Below are positions 12,486 to 25,374 of a DNA stretch of 64,000 bases, piece after piece. The position numbers and the translations under genes are program-made. The stretch comes from Lama glama (lineage: Eukaryota): positions 15,316,001-15,380,000 of the forward strand of contig CM052817.1 in NCBI GenBank assembly GCA_028534125.1. Reading direction: 5' to 3'. The notes under the pieces are model-generated. The model was not told the origin of the DNA. It searched no databases and worked only from the letters and a program-made list of their open reading frames with translations. The stretch's first letter is position 1. Each line of letters starts with the position of its first letter.

Positions 12486-13219
12486 TGCTTTATTCCCCTC
12501 CTTTTCTTGCCTTTCTTTACTCCCTCTATCATTTTTAAACACTCAGTATACATTAGTCTGCATAGTTCATTGTGTTATGTGTGTATGTACATGAATCTGG
12601 GAGATAAATGTAATGATCACACATTGCATTTTGTTGGGTGGTAATCTGAAGTTAGTTTCCAGCTGTGATGATGGATTTATGCTTGTCCAACCACATTCTC
12701 TGTTCCCAGTCTCTGGAATAAGTTGCAACAAATCTGTGAGATGACTAGGCAGCTTACCCTTAGCCAATATCCATCACTTTATTAGACAATTCATTTTGTG
12801 ATGCCTGTCTTTATTATTCTGGGTCCTGTTATTATCCAGTCTTTGGGCCTCTCTCTCCCCCATGCTTCTTAATAGCCCTTTGGAACTCTCCAGGGAGGAA
12901 TACGTTCAGGGTCGTGGTTTATGGTTTTAAGCAGCAGAGAGCTTTTTATGATACCTGCCAGAGAAGTTTTAATTATGTAAATTCCTCATTATATAATTCC
13001 AAGGGGAAAAAGTATATTCTTTAAGGAACACCCTGGCACTTCATTTTTAAAGTCCACTTCCCTCAAATTAATACGAAGTAGCATAACATATTCCCCCTTT
13101 CAAAAAAAGAATAACTTTTATGAATTTTCCCCAAGAGTATTTTTAAAAAGATATTCATTACATAAATAAAGACAGAGACTTAACCTTGTGACTTTGTAAT
13201 TCCAGATGGAATGCATAAG

Positions 13220-13370
13220 ATATAGAGATCTGAATTCTAATTCTGGTTCTGCAGCTGGTTGACTATGAGTTGGTCATCTTATCATCCTGAGCACCTAGGT
13301 TTTTCATTTATTAAATGAAAAATTTGGAGAAGGTGATTCTTAAGTTCCCATGAGATCTACAATTCTGTAA
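13220..13370 (+). mobile_element. MIR (MIR3-like) fragment
   Basis: 'gagatctgaattctaattctggttctgc...ttttcatttattaaatgaaaa..ttggagaaggtgattcttaagttccc..tctacaattctgt'. Confidence 0.6.
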
Positions 13371-14324
13371 TTTTGGAAAATTAGTTGATTTTACTAATTA
13401 ATTTTTTCTTAGAAAATTGCATCCATTCATATTTTATTGTAACTTTCAGCTTTCTTTCTTCATTCCCAAGTTTGTGTATGTGTTGGTTTGAGAACAGAAT
13501 AAGTCTGTTAAAGTCACATCAGGAGTTTTTACATATAAATTTGTGCTGGTCAGGAGGTATAGAAAGATAGAGATTTCCAGCTAAGAGTAGATAATTAGGA
13601 ATCCCTTTTGAACAGACTTACTTCAAAGAGAATAGAACTTCTCTTTGTTATCAAAACCAAGGACACAAACCAGGACACCGAAATCAATTAGCAAGAATTT
13701 CAGAACTGAGTCCAAAGAAAAAAATTTAAGTTGCTCTCCGAGAAGTAAAAAGAGGCAAGCATAGGGGAAGACCATAGGTATCTTTTAACATTAAAGTAGT
13801 AGAAGTTTGCATGTGAACAGAAAAATTGTCTAGCAAAATCTGAGCACATCCAGTAACTGACTTCTACATTCTTGAGCTACAGACCTTCTTCCTGAATGTG
13901 TAGAATATTAATGGATGGGAACGATGGCCAGCATATGTCTATCCACTGGTTCCCGGTACTGACCATGGGCACATCTGACAAGGCTAATATCCAATCATTC
14001 AAATGTGCCTGTAGGGGCTCATTTCTGACCTGCAGTCTGTTCCATGCTGACTGCAAATGTAGCCTGTCTTCTGGGGCCTGCAAGGCCACCATGGAGCTTG
14101 TCACTAAGCAATTGGCAGAGACATCATTACTTTGCCTTCAAAGATGTATCATGTCTTTAATCAAATTTGTGTTCTTCACTTCTGTGAAATTCATGGTCCT
14201 CCTATTGTTCATTTCTAAATTTCAGAAGGAGATCCTTGTTTTTTCCCCCCAGTTGGTAAGAACTGGTAGAATCCTCAAGCCCCAGAGCACTGGCATCAAG
14301 GTCACCACCTTCTACAGTGCCCTT

Positions 14325-14460
14325 AGTTCACAGAGCAAATGAAGAAAGTCTCACACAAGGAAGTGACTTGCTCCAGGCCAAACAGGAAAAGACAGAGCTG
14401 GAATGGTAACTCCTATTCCTCAGCTTCCGGTTCCCAGGACTTTCTCTGACTCCATGCTGT
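14325..14460 (-). mobile_element. MIR fragment
   Basis: 'cagagcaaatgaagaaagtctcacacaaggaagtgacttgctccaggcc...acagagctggaat' is the reversed MIR core. Confidence 0.6.
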
Positions 14461-16569
14461 GTCAATGTGATCCTCTGGGTAAGCTTCACTCTGATCTTTT
14501 TTAATATGCATCCTGCTATAAGTGAAACAGTATGACCTTCACAGCTCATTATTATCATTGATCCATATATGCTGAACTTGATAAATGAGCAACAAGTAAG
14601 ATAAATAATTATAGTTAGACATGCTGTCCTTTTATACTGATTTTGTTCAAAGTACTAATATATTGTAAGAGCACTTTGTAGATTTAAAAAGCACATTCAT
14701 ATATTTGACCACTTTGATATATGTTTTTTTTCCACTTTGCTATGAATTCAGCAAAATGATTAGAACCCAAAGGCTGACAGTGACAATAATAACAGATTCA
14801 CCTTGTTGTACAGAAATATTTATTTATCCAAGTCTAGGTGTGAAATGGTTACTCTAAGCATCCTGAGGAATAGAGTAATGCCTTCGATATACTATCTAAA
14901 CTTTTTTGTTTGTTTGCTTTGAACTTTTAAAAGTGAATATATATATATATCTCAAAGACATTACAAACATAGGAATCCATTCAACTTCCCATCCCACCCT
15001 ACAATCCAGTTATCAAGGTTTTGGGTAATGCTGAAGTAACAACATTTTTACACTGAACTCAATGCCAGATGTTTAACTTAATTTGGTATACATTTTACTT
15101 ATTTCATAAAGAAGCTTAAGCCAATTACAATACAAATAAAATATAAGGAGAAAATTAAGAACATGTGAAAATAAAAAATATATAGAGATCATTAAGTCCT
15201 GGTTAGATGTTAATTGAATTTCACATTCATGTCTCAGCTTCCAAGAAACTAAAGCTTAAAAAAAAAGAGAGAGAGAGAAAAATCGTGTTTGTGTTATACA
15301 ATATTTATAAAATATCAGAAAGATTCAGGCAATATCAAAATGATTTAGACTTCTAAATACACTGAAACACTCAACACAAAAGTATTAAAAATGATTCACT
15401 TTCTTTAGTAATTGAAAAGGCATTTAGGGTATAGCAAGACCTTGGCATGTTGTATTGAATATTTCTTAGTTTGCTGCAATTGGAAGATGCAGAATTTATA
15501 CAGTTAATTGCCTAATATTCTGGCACTTTTGAAAGACTAGAATAGATTATCTCCAATGTCTCTTTTAGTTCTAATTTCATTGACTCTGATTCACATGGAG
15601 GCTGTGAGTGACTGACATTTGTGAATTTCAGACTTAGAGCACTTTGGCCTCCAACAGTACCAGACATACCTTAGCAGGTATTCAACAAACGAGGCATTGA
15701 TGGCTGTAGTGACCTCCCTTGGATGGCAATTGCTTTTTGATGTTGAGTTCAGTAAAATCAGGGTGCTCCCACTTGAAGTTTCTTCATCTCTCCAATTCCC
15801 GAAGCCCTTCCTCCCTAGGCTGCTCTTCTTCCTTGCTCCAGAAGTCAAGCTACTGAGTAAGTGCTTCCCAGAGGGAGGGGAAAGTTATTTGGAAGAGGCT
15901 GGACTCTGTCAGATAAGTACAAACTTTTATAAATACCTGGCTTGGAACTGAGAAAGAAGGTTTTCAAATCAAAGTGCTGAATTAAGAAGCTTAATTTTGC
16001 CACTTCAGCTGACTGAGTTGTTTATGGGAGGGTTTACGCTAACAATTCCCTGGCATCCACAGGGGATCAAGAGAGGAAAGTGATAAGATAGCTTCAGGGG
16101 GAGGAAAGGACTGTCTCACTCCAGTAGCTCTATCTTCAGAGAGCGTGCAGGGCGAGGGAGCGCTGAGTCCGAGTCTGTTTCAGTCCCATGCTGGTACACA
16201 GATAGCTACAGCATACTGACTTCCTCCATACTGTGTGCTCCTTGGAGAGATGGAGCCAACACTTAGGCTTCTTGTGGACTTCTCCAATTTATCATTACAT
16301 ATATAATAATAGAGAGAGATTTATTTGTCTGGGGAAGAAGAGAAACATTGTTTTTGAACAATAAGGACACTAAATTGGGATTTATACTATGAATCTAATT
16401 TCATATTCTAACAATAACTTGCTGAGAAAATTATGTTTACTCTGGAGCAGTTTTTCCCATCTGAAGATGGGACTTAGAGCTTTTTTGTGGTCTCCATAAT
16501 GCTCTGCACACCTAGAAGTTTCTTACTATGTCATTCTAATATTAAATATAGTTCAAGAATATTCCAATA

Positions 16570-17105
16570 TATTTATGTATTGAAGTCCTCAAAATCAATT
16601 TTGGAACTGGACTTAGTAATTTTACTTTTGGAAATTTACATAAAAATAATAAGACATTTGCAGAATTATTTGTCTATCAGAATGTTTATTTCAACATTAT
16701 TTAAGTAGTAAAAGTTGAGAACAAACTAACCTCACAATAAAAAATGCTTAAATGTATAAATCACTGTTTATCCATATGAAGGCATGAAGTATACCTATTT
16801 AAATTCACATTGCTGAAAAATATTTAATGGCATAGAAATGTTCACCATGAATTTCAAATAATAATATCAGATTACAAGCAGTAAGAAGATATCTCAATTT
16901 TGTTAAAGATAAAAATGAGTATGTTAAAGATATATGTTTGTGAAATGGAATAGAAAAAACCCTGGAGAACTCTATTTCAAAATTTCGCCTGTGTTTATTT
17001 CTGTTTTGGTAGTTGTTGATAGTTTTTATTTATTATTATAATACTCTGTAATTTTCAATGTTTCCACGATGAAGTTTGATTACATTTGCAATCAGAAATA
17101 AACAT
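16570..17105 (+). mobile_element. Old L1 (L1ME) ORF2 end and 3'UTR
   Basis: 'gacttagtaattttacttttggaaattta', 'aatgtttatttcaacattattt', end 'tacatttgcaatcagaaataaa'. Confidence 0.7.
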
Positions 17106-19380
17106 GATTAATTTCATTTAAATACTGCAGAAAAAATAATGCATACAACCCTCCTTTTCTTCACCTTCCTACCTCCCAATAGCTCAGAAGCTTGAAGAAG
17201 AATCTTCAAGTACTATAACAAATGATATGCCATCTCAACAAGTTGTAAAAAGTTGAAATCACTCCCATTTATTTTGTGTGTGAACCACAGATGTCAGGGC
17301 TAAAGGACTCCAGAAGTCCTCTGGTTTTCTCAATTCATGTTATAAGGTCTCAGGAAAACTAATGACTTGTCAACTGTCATAAAACAATGGTCCAAGGAGT
17401 TACAAATATTAAAAACCTAAACTTTACAGACCTGACTCACAATGAGGTACATAGCACAAAGCCATCTGAAAGGAATGTAGTAAAATAAAAGAAGTGAAAC
17501 TATTAAATGATCTAAGATTAAGATTCTTAAAAGTCTGGGTCTATTTCCTCCCACGTCATGCAAAAAAACGCAAATATCTTTCTAATTATAAAGAGTACAA
17601 GTAGAGCATTTGAGTTTCATAACCTTTGGTGAATATGAAATGGTCCATTCTTCTAGATTTCTGCAGAAGCATATCTGGATAACACGGTATCCAAAAAGCA
17701 TTCCATTAAATCATTTAGCAATCTAAGTAGAAAGGTAGCATTTCATTATTGACTTTGGACAATTATATGCATTCACGTCTGTCCATAAGCTCAAGATGCA
17801 TTTCCTGGTCATGAGGTGTTGCAGCTCAATGACTGTGCTTTGACCATTTGTGGCCGGTGTTTGTCCCCAGGACACAAGTCACATGGGGCACAACATGGCT
17901 AACATCCAGAACGATCACGAGAACCACACAACTGCTTTGGCACCCCTTCAAGAACTGCTCAGCAAGGAGCTTGTGTTTGCTGACCATCTGGTTGGAAGCC
18001 CTGGCAATAATTTGTTTAATATTGCATTTAATATGATGTCTGTCAGTAGGAAGCATTTTGTGGGATTGTAACCACCATGGGAGTCCATGTGAGGTAGACT
18101 CTTATTATTATCTTTGCTTTCACTTGCTCATCAGTTTCTGGGAGATTAATTCTCGACTATCATCTTTCATAGTCAGTGTTTTCTTATTAGAATTTGGAAT
18201 TCAACATACCCATTCTTTATAATCTTAAATGTTGGGAGACTAGATGAGTTGAAAGGATTATATAGAATTACCAAATTTTAAGGCATTTGAGAATTTTAGA
18301 AGCTGTAGGAGCCATTAGTCCTGATTTTTTCAACATGACTCCAAATGTGAACTGTTCTATCCAAGGACCTAAATTTTTCAGAATACATTTATTCATTGTA
18401 GTTTCTAGAAATATATGTACCTTAATTAGATGTTATCTAGGCTAGAATCTCGTATCAAAGATGAGGAACCTGCAGTTTAGGAAGATGAAGGAATATTCCT
18501 AAGGCCATAATGGCAGCATGGGGCCCAGTGCCATTTTAGACCCAGGTTCCATGTATTTTCTTTTAGGCTGATCATACTTGCTCATACTTCTTGAAAGGTT
18601 TTAATATAGCTCTAGGGGACTGGGGTAAATATGAAAATTTTATTGTTGCGATTTTTAAGCATTATTCATTTTATTTTTATGCAATTTTTAAAGGTTACAC
18701 TCCATTTACAGTTATTATAAAATACTGGCTATGTTCCACACGTTGTATAATACATCTTTGTAGCCTACCTTACACCCAATAGTTTGTACCTTCCACTCTC
18801 CTACCCTTATATGGGCCCTCTCCCTCTCCCCACTGGTAACCAGTAGTTTGCTCTCTCTATCTGAGTCTGCTTCTCTTTTGTTATATTCACTAGCTTGTTA
18901 TATTTTTTAGATTCCACATATAAGTGATTTCACACAGTATTTGGCTTTTTCTGACTTATTTCGCTCAGCATAATGCCCTCCAGGTCCATCCATGCTCCTG
19001 CAAATGGCAAAATTTCATTCTTTCGAATGGTTGAGAAGTATTCCATTGTATATATTTACCACATCTTCTTTATCCATTCTTCTGTTTATGGACACTTTGG
19101 TTGCTTCCATATTTTGACAATTGTAAATAATGCTGCTATGAACATTGAGGTGCCTGTATCATTTTGAATTTGTGTTTTTGCTTTGTTTTTTGAATATATA
19201 CCCGGGAAAGGAATTGCTGGGGCATATGGTGGTTCTATTTTTAGTTTTTCGAGAAACCTCCATACTATTTTCCACCGTGACTGCGCTATGCAATTTACAT
19301 CCCTACCAACTGTGTACAAGGGTTCTCTTTTCACCACATTCAATATCTGCAAATCAGTCAGTGTGACAAACCACATTAAG

Positions 19381-19576
19381 AGGGGCAGGTATAGCTCAGT
19401 GGTAGAGTGCCTGCTCAGGATGCACCAGTTTCTCAGTTCAATCCCCAGTACCTCCATTAAAAACAAACAAACAAACAAACAAAAACAAACCTAATCACCC
19501 CCCACTAAAATAAATAAGTAAAATAAAATAAATTATACAAAATTCAAAATAAATGTCCTAAAAAATTAATTAAAAA
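19381..19576 (+). mobile_element. Vic-1-type tRNA-derived SINE (camelid) with long A-rich tail
   Basis: GGGGCAGGTATAGCTCAGTGGTAGAG (A box) ... GTTCAATCCCCAGTACCTCC (B box), then an (AAAC)n tail. An imperfect TSD ac(c/t)acatta lies at ~19370-19378 and ~19579-19587. Confidence 0.9.
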
Positions 19577-19726
19577 ACACTACATTACCAAATTGAAGAA
19601 TAAAAACCATATGATCATCTCAATAGATCCAGAAAAGCCTTTGATAAAATTCAACATCCATTAATGATAAGAATTATCCAGAAAGTGGACATAAAGGGAA
19701 CATATAACAACATAATAAAGGCCATA

Positions 19727-19880
19727 GGGAAATATATTCAATATCTTATAGCATCTCACAGTGAAAAAGAATATGAAAATGAATGTATTTATATTAATGT
19801 ATGACTCAAGAATTGTGCTGTACACCAGAAATTGACACAACATTGTAAACTGACTATAGCTCAATTAAAAAAAAAAGGAG
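19727..19880 (+). mobile_element. Very short 5'-truncated camelid-type L1 3' end
   Basis: Similar to the reverse complement of 1600-1760, with a poly(A) tail. TSD ATAAAGGCCATA (19715-19726) / ATAAAAGCCATA (19881-19892). Confidence 0.9.
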
Positions 19881-21854
19881 ATAAAAGCCATATACAACAA
19901 ACCCACAGTTGGCATCATACTCAGTGGTGAAAAGCTGAAAGCATTTTCTCTAACATCAGGAACAAGACAAAATGCCCACTTTCACCACTTTTATTCAACA
20001 TAGTTTTGAAATTCCTAGTCACAGCAATCAGAGAAGAAAAGGAAATAAAAAGAATCCAAATTGGAAGTTAATAAATAAAACTGTCTTTGTTTGTAGATGA
20101 CATGACACTATACACAGAAAAACCTAAAGATGCCACCAGAAAACTACTAGAGCTCATCAATAAATTTTATAAAGTTGCAGGATACAAAATTAATATGCAG
20201 AAATCTATTGTATTTCTATACAGTAACAATGAACCATCAGAAAGAGCAATGAAATAAACAATCCCATTTACCATTGCATCAAAGAGAACAAAATGCCTAG
20301 GAATAAACCTACCTAAGGAGGCAAAAACCTATACTCTGAAAACTCTAAGACCCTGATGAAAGAAACTGAAGATGACCCAAGCAGATGGAAAGATATACCA
20401 TGTTCTTGGATTGGAAGAATCAATACTGTTAAAATGACCATACCACCCAAGGCAATCTACAGATACAATGTATTCCCTATCAAAATACCAATGGCAATTT
20501 TCACAAACTAGAACAAATAAGTTTAAAATTTTAATGGAAACACAAAAGACCCTGTATAGTCAAAACAATCCTGAGAAAGAAAAACAGAGCTGGAGGAATC
20601 ATGCTTCTTGACTTCAGATTATACTACAAAGCTACAGTAATCAAAACAGTATAGTACTGGAGCAAAAACAGACACATTGATAAATGGAACAGGATAGAGA
20701 ACCCAGAAATAAACCTGCACTTATGGTCAATTAATCTATGACAAAGGAAGCAAGAATATACAATGGAAAAAACAGTCTCTTCAATAAGCAGTGCTAGGAA
20801 AACTGGACAGCTATGTGTAAAAACTGAAATTAGAACATTCTCTAGCACCACATGCACAAATAATCTCAAAATGGATTGAAGATCTAAATGAAAACTTTTA
20901 AATATCAATTGTATAAGATTGAAGGTTTAAGTAATTCCAAGCTCAGCTGGTTATAGGCCTAACTTTTTAGGCTTATTCTGTTGGTACCTTCAGATGTTGT
21001 CACTGAAGCACCATAGACTTAAACTTCTATTATTTCTGCCACAGATAAAAGAGCTTTCTTTTTCCCCAAATTTCTGACCTGGGCTTCCATTTTTATCATT
21101 TCAAGTCCAGAATAGAAGCGGTGGTGGTGGAAATAATCCATATACTCTCTTTTATTCTTATGGATTTTCTCTCAACATGGGTAGACATAGCATGTCTAAG
21201 CTCTAACAGAGGAAATGTCTTTAGATATAGAGGGAGAGGCAGGTATGGAAAATGGATGTGATCTGTTGCCCATAATTCTGAAATGTCATTTTAAAATTGT
21301 CCTGCCACAATGAGTGACTTTGGCAACACCTCTCAAGAAATCTAAACAGGACGAGGAAAGAATTTCTGTGGAAGAGTATGGCGTAAGCACAAAATAAGAT
21401 GAAGAGAGGATTTTAGATGGAATGGTCTTTCACTGATTGCAGAGAGTAAAGCAAGAGACTATTCTTTTAATGTAGTATAGTCACATTTTTACAGTTTTAC
21501 CAAAATATTGTTTTCCCTCCCAGGAAGTTGGCTGGCATATGGCACTTCCATCCCCAACCATCTGTATCCACCTCTCTTTGAAGGCTTAGGTCTTAGATGG
21601 CCAGTCATATTTTATCCAGACAAAACCATAGAGAAAACACTAATACACATTTCTCTGGATGTTAATTTTAAAATAATCATAGGCTTTCTGATCAGGTCTT
21701 CTAAATTTGAGGAAAAGCAGAAGCGGGGAATAACATGAGTAATCGAAGTGCTCCATTCTTGAGACAGAAACCACAGAAAGGTGCTAGAGACACAAAGCGA
21801 ATAATGAAATTTTTATTGTGCAGTTTAGAGAAAAAAAATCACCCATATAGATAG

Positions 21855-22085
21855 TTTTCACTGGCTTCTGAGCATTGAGACAAACAATTTCTGTACATTA
21901 TTTCACTTGATCATCAGAACAATCTTGGGAGTCTGATATTACTTTCACTGGTTTTTGTTTCTGTTTAGGTGAAGAAAGTAAGACTATGAGAAATTTTAAA
22001 AAATGTCTAGAGATACATGGCTTATGGCAGAGCTCAAACCCAAACTTCTCTGATTCCACAATTCATGTCTTTAACAATTCAGCAA
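21855..22085 (-). mobile_element. MIR fragment
   Basis: 'acattatttcacttgatcatcagaacaatc...ggtgaagaaagtaagact...ggcagagctcaaacccaaacttctctgattcca'. Confidence 0.6.
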
Positions 22086-22989
22086 TACAGGGGGATACGT
22101 GCTGGCTGTGTTTCAGGAAACATTAAAACTGTTAAACTTCTCTCAAGCTTGAACAAGGTAATGTATATAGTAGTAGTAAATGAAAGTGGAAGAGAAGGGA
22201 GAAGCAGACAGTGATATCAAAACTGAGCTTTGAAGGATGAGAAGAAGGTCATCAAGCATTGCAAGTAGGCTCAGAGGCATATGCAAAGTCCTAAAATGTC
22301 AGGGTGTGCCGGAGGAAGGATCAGTTATCAATATGGCTTTATAATAGGATGCACGCTGAAAACGTAGTGAACATGAGCTGTGCATTTTTCTTGCATTGTG
22401 ACTTTGGACAACTCATTAACTTCTGGGAAAGCTAATCCATTACTGGCTGAATTTCATGGTGTTAATCCCATAAGGGTCCTTTTGAAATGTAATATTTATA
22501 CATCACTTTCCTTCTCTTCTGAAGAAGATACTATCATCTGCAATCTGCTCAGTTACCCTGGCCCTTATCCCATTTAAGGATTGTTTTGGTCCTCTACTTT
22601 TTCACTCTCTCTCTTCTATTACCTGCCAGGTAACCATTTTATTGCTCATTTGCACCTCCACTAGGGAGAAAAAAAATGTGATAGCCAAACCAGCCAACAT
22701 TTTATTTGCTTGCAACTCTTATAAAAGGTTTAGTAAGGGAAAAGCATAAAAAAGGTAACGAATATAATAAGGATGTTCTGTATAGTTCATTTCTGTATAC
22801 TGTTTCTTTCCCTTAAACTCGTACAATCAAGGGTTTGATTTAATTTTTCCCTCAAACATTATATTACACTGTTTTCCCTCTCTTCTCTATTTCATTTTCC
22901 ACATAATATTAACCAAAATGAATTAAATGTTAGGTGGATTCCAATAAATACTACATCAAGTTTGTGGCAGGGCTTCAATTAGAATCTAA

Positions 22990-23077
22990 TTTTTTTTTAA
23001 TGAAGCTACTAGGGATTGAACCCAGGACCTTGTGCACACTAAGCATACACTCTACTACTGAGCTATACCCTCCCCCA
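22990..23077 (-). mobile_element. Vic-1-type SINE (short form)
   Basis: 'ttttttaatgaagctactagggattgaacccaggaccttgtgcacactaagcatacactctactactgagctataccctccccc' is the reverse complement of the Vic-1 head. The flanks gaatctaat / gaatcctaat resemble a TSD. Confidence 0.9.
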
Positions 23078-23539
23078 TGAATCCTAATCTTCTAATTCCT
23101 TGATTATTGTGCCTCCAAATTCAGTCTACTCTATACTCTCTAAATATTCTGTTGGATTAGGCACATAAATATGATAAGAAATGATTGTGATTTTAGGATG
23201 ATCACATAATTCATCAAGAGTAACACCTTTGGCAGCAAAAAGGGGTACTGGCAAAATGGGTATTCTGTACTTCAGTAAAACCAAAGGACACTCTAATATG
23301 TGGCCCCAAAATGCAGATTAAAGAATCTCTACAGCACAATACATGGCTCACTTGACCAATTGGTATCACTCTACCCAGCTTAAAATCAAAATAAAAAAAA
23401 ATGACAGGTGATATGTAAAGGCCATTCCTAAGGGATTCCACGGACCACTGGTAGTCAGTTGGTGCTTCTGAAGGCTGCAGTAGTGGGGCCCTCATTCCCT
23501 TATATATCACCAGAAACTTCTACAACTTCAGCAGCAAAC

Positions 23540-23960
23540 CAGGTACAGCCCCTGCCCTAGAGGCATTCACAATCTAATGAAGAAGACAGATTAATAAACA
23601 GATATTTACTGTGCAGAGGAATAAATGCCATTAGAGTAATAAACAACGGTTTGTGAAACACAAAGAATGGGAAAAGAACCTTACTATTCCCTGGGAAATT
23701 GGCCAAGACTACAATAATGAATCCTTTAGGTAGAGGGGGGAAAAGTAAAACAAAAAGACAGACACATTAAATCACTCCCCTTAGGTATACTAAGTACAGC
23801 TGTGCAGGTTGCTTATCGCATCCATTAGGTTGTGACCAGGTTGTTTGAAGGGCTAGGGAGTCTGCACTTTATCCTACAGATAATAAGGAAACCCCAGTGT
23901 TTTTGTTTTTGCTTTAAAGCAGGTAAAAGAAACAAACACACATGTGTTTAAAAATGTAAT
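23540..23960 (-). mobile_element. L2 fragment
   Basis: 'cagcccctgccctagaggcattcacaatctaatgaagaagacagattaataaacaga' and 'gctagggagtctgcactttatcctacagataataaggaa'. Confidence 0.6.
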
Positions 23961-24876
23961 ACTGCTGCTAGTAGCAAGGGGAGGAGAATCTATATAATGT
24001 CCTTCCCTTGCTTACATGGTTCTTTGAAAACCTAAGTATAATAATATGGTAAATACTTAAACATCTTCACCACATGTAAGTTATGTATTTGCTTCTATTA
24101 AAAATACTCTCCAGCCTCTTTCCTCACACTTCTGCTTCCCTTCTCTTTCATGCTTATATTTTCATCTTAAGCAAAAATTTTTTTTCAGAATCCCATGTCA
24201 CAGGGCCTCCTTTTTAGGTTAAATCAGCATCCTTTCTGTCCTGCTTTTCCAGAAACTACACTTGGGATTTGCCTTACTTTGGTTTCTTTTTATTGACAAG
24301 ATGAAGCCAAATATTTTTTCCTCCTTTTATCTTTTCTTTCACTTGATTTCCACTCTTTCTTTTAGACTTTGATCGGAAGGAGAGAGCTGTCTGCATTATT
24401 ATTAAATTTGCTGAGTCATTTGTAATTTTCTTTGAATGCTGAGGGCTTCAATGTCATTAGAGATGAGGTCCAAGCTGGTTGGTTTTTGAATATAAATGAG
24501 CCAAATTACATATTCTAATTGTACATCCTAATTTTTAATGAAGCTGAAATGAGAAGAGGTCATAAAGGTGCATGTAGTTACAAAATCTTTCATGAGGTTA
24601 TAGAGAAATAGTGATTCATATCTTTCAATATTGTATTTTCAAGGAGAAAAGCCGCTTTAAAAAGAAACCAGAAAAAAAATTAATTGAGAGAAATATGGGA
24701 AAATCCAAGTTTCAAAAGAATGATCTAATTTTAAAAGATAAACTAAGAGTTTTTTCAAGTAAATTATAGAATCATTCTTCGCTTTGCAGAAGTAGTATAT
24801 GTGTCTGTGTTGTGGCATTGTTGTACCCAGTAGTTTTCTTTATCCCTTGTTTGATTGACTTTACATGTCTAATGGG

Positions 24877-25352
24877 TGTGGCAGATTTTAACAGTGGCTA
24901 CACTATTTTTCAGTTCTTGCAATTAGGAATATACTTCTCCACCTCTTGAATCTTGGCTTGACACATGACTTGCTTTGACTGAAAAGACAATTAGGAAACA
25001 TGATAGAAGCCAAGGGTTGAAAAGTGCTTTCTATTCCTGCTGCTGCTTTTGGAACCTAGCTACCTTGTGAAAAAGACTGAGATAGCTTTCTAGATTTTGG
25101 AGAAAGGTTGTCTTGTTGCCCTGTTGCCCCACCCAATTACCAGAAACATGAGTGACACCATCTAGGACCAAGAAGCCCCCAGTCAACCCACTAGCTCACT
25201 GCAGTTGTATGAGTAAATCCAGCTGAAGTGATTGGAAAAACTTCCCAACTAAGTGCAGTCTAAATTGCCAACCCATAGAATCATAAGCTAATAATTAGTT
25301 ATTTCTGTTTTAAGCCACTAATTTGGCTTGCAAGCATCAAAAACTAACATAA
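24877..25352 (+). mobile_element. MaLR LTR (MLT1G/H-like)
   Basis: Starts TGTGGCAGA. Contains 'ctccacctcttgaatcttggcttg..catgacttgctttgac' and ends 'ccaacccatagaatcataagcta...gttttaagccacta...aactaacata'. Confidence 0.8.
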
Positions 25353-25374
25353 TTGATTAACACATCTCCAGTGG

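Larger units (their letters stand above)
18665..20892 (-). mobile_element. L1 with 5' inversion: 3' end on - (18665-~19339), internal ORF2 on + (~19339-20892), interrupted by a SINE and a second L1
   Basis: Minus part: cetartiodactyl-type 3'UTR and ..KREPLYTVG..TSMFIAALFTI..WKQPKCP. Plus part: ORF2 reverse transcriptase (RT) region from FNICKS through 'ttgtttgtagatgacatga' (FADD-type motif) to 'aaaatggattgaagatctaaatg'. Confidence 0.9.

Noticed and set aside
17922..17950. GAPDH pseudogene-like 'accacacaactgctttggcacccct'
   Set aside because: The resemblance covers only ~25 nt with indels, and the flanks do not continue as GAPDH.
19381..19456. tRNA gene
   Set aside because: It has A and B boxes but also a SINE tail and TSD, and no clean cloverleaf. 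It is a tRNA-derived SINE, as is 22990-23077.
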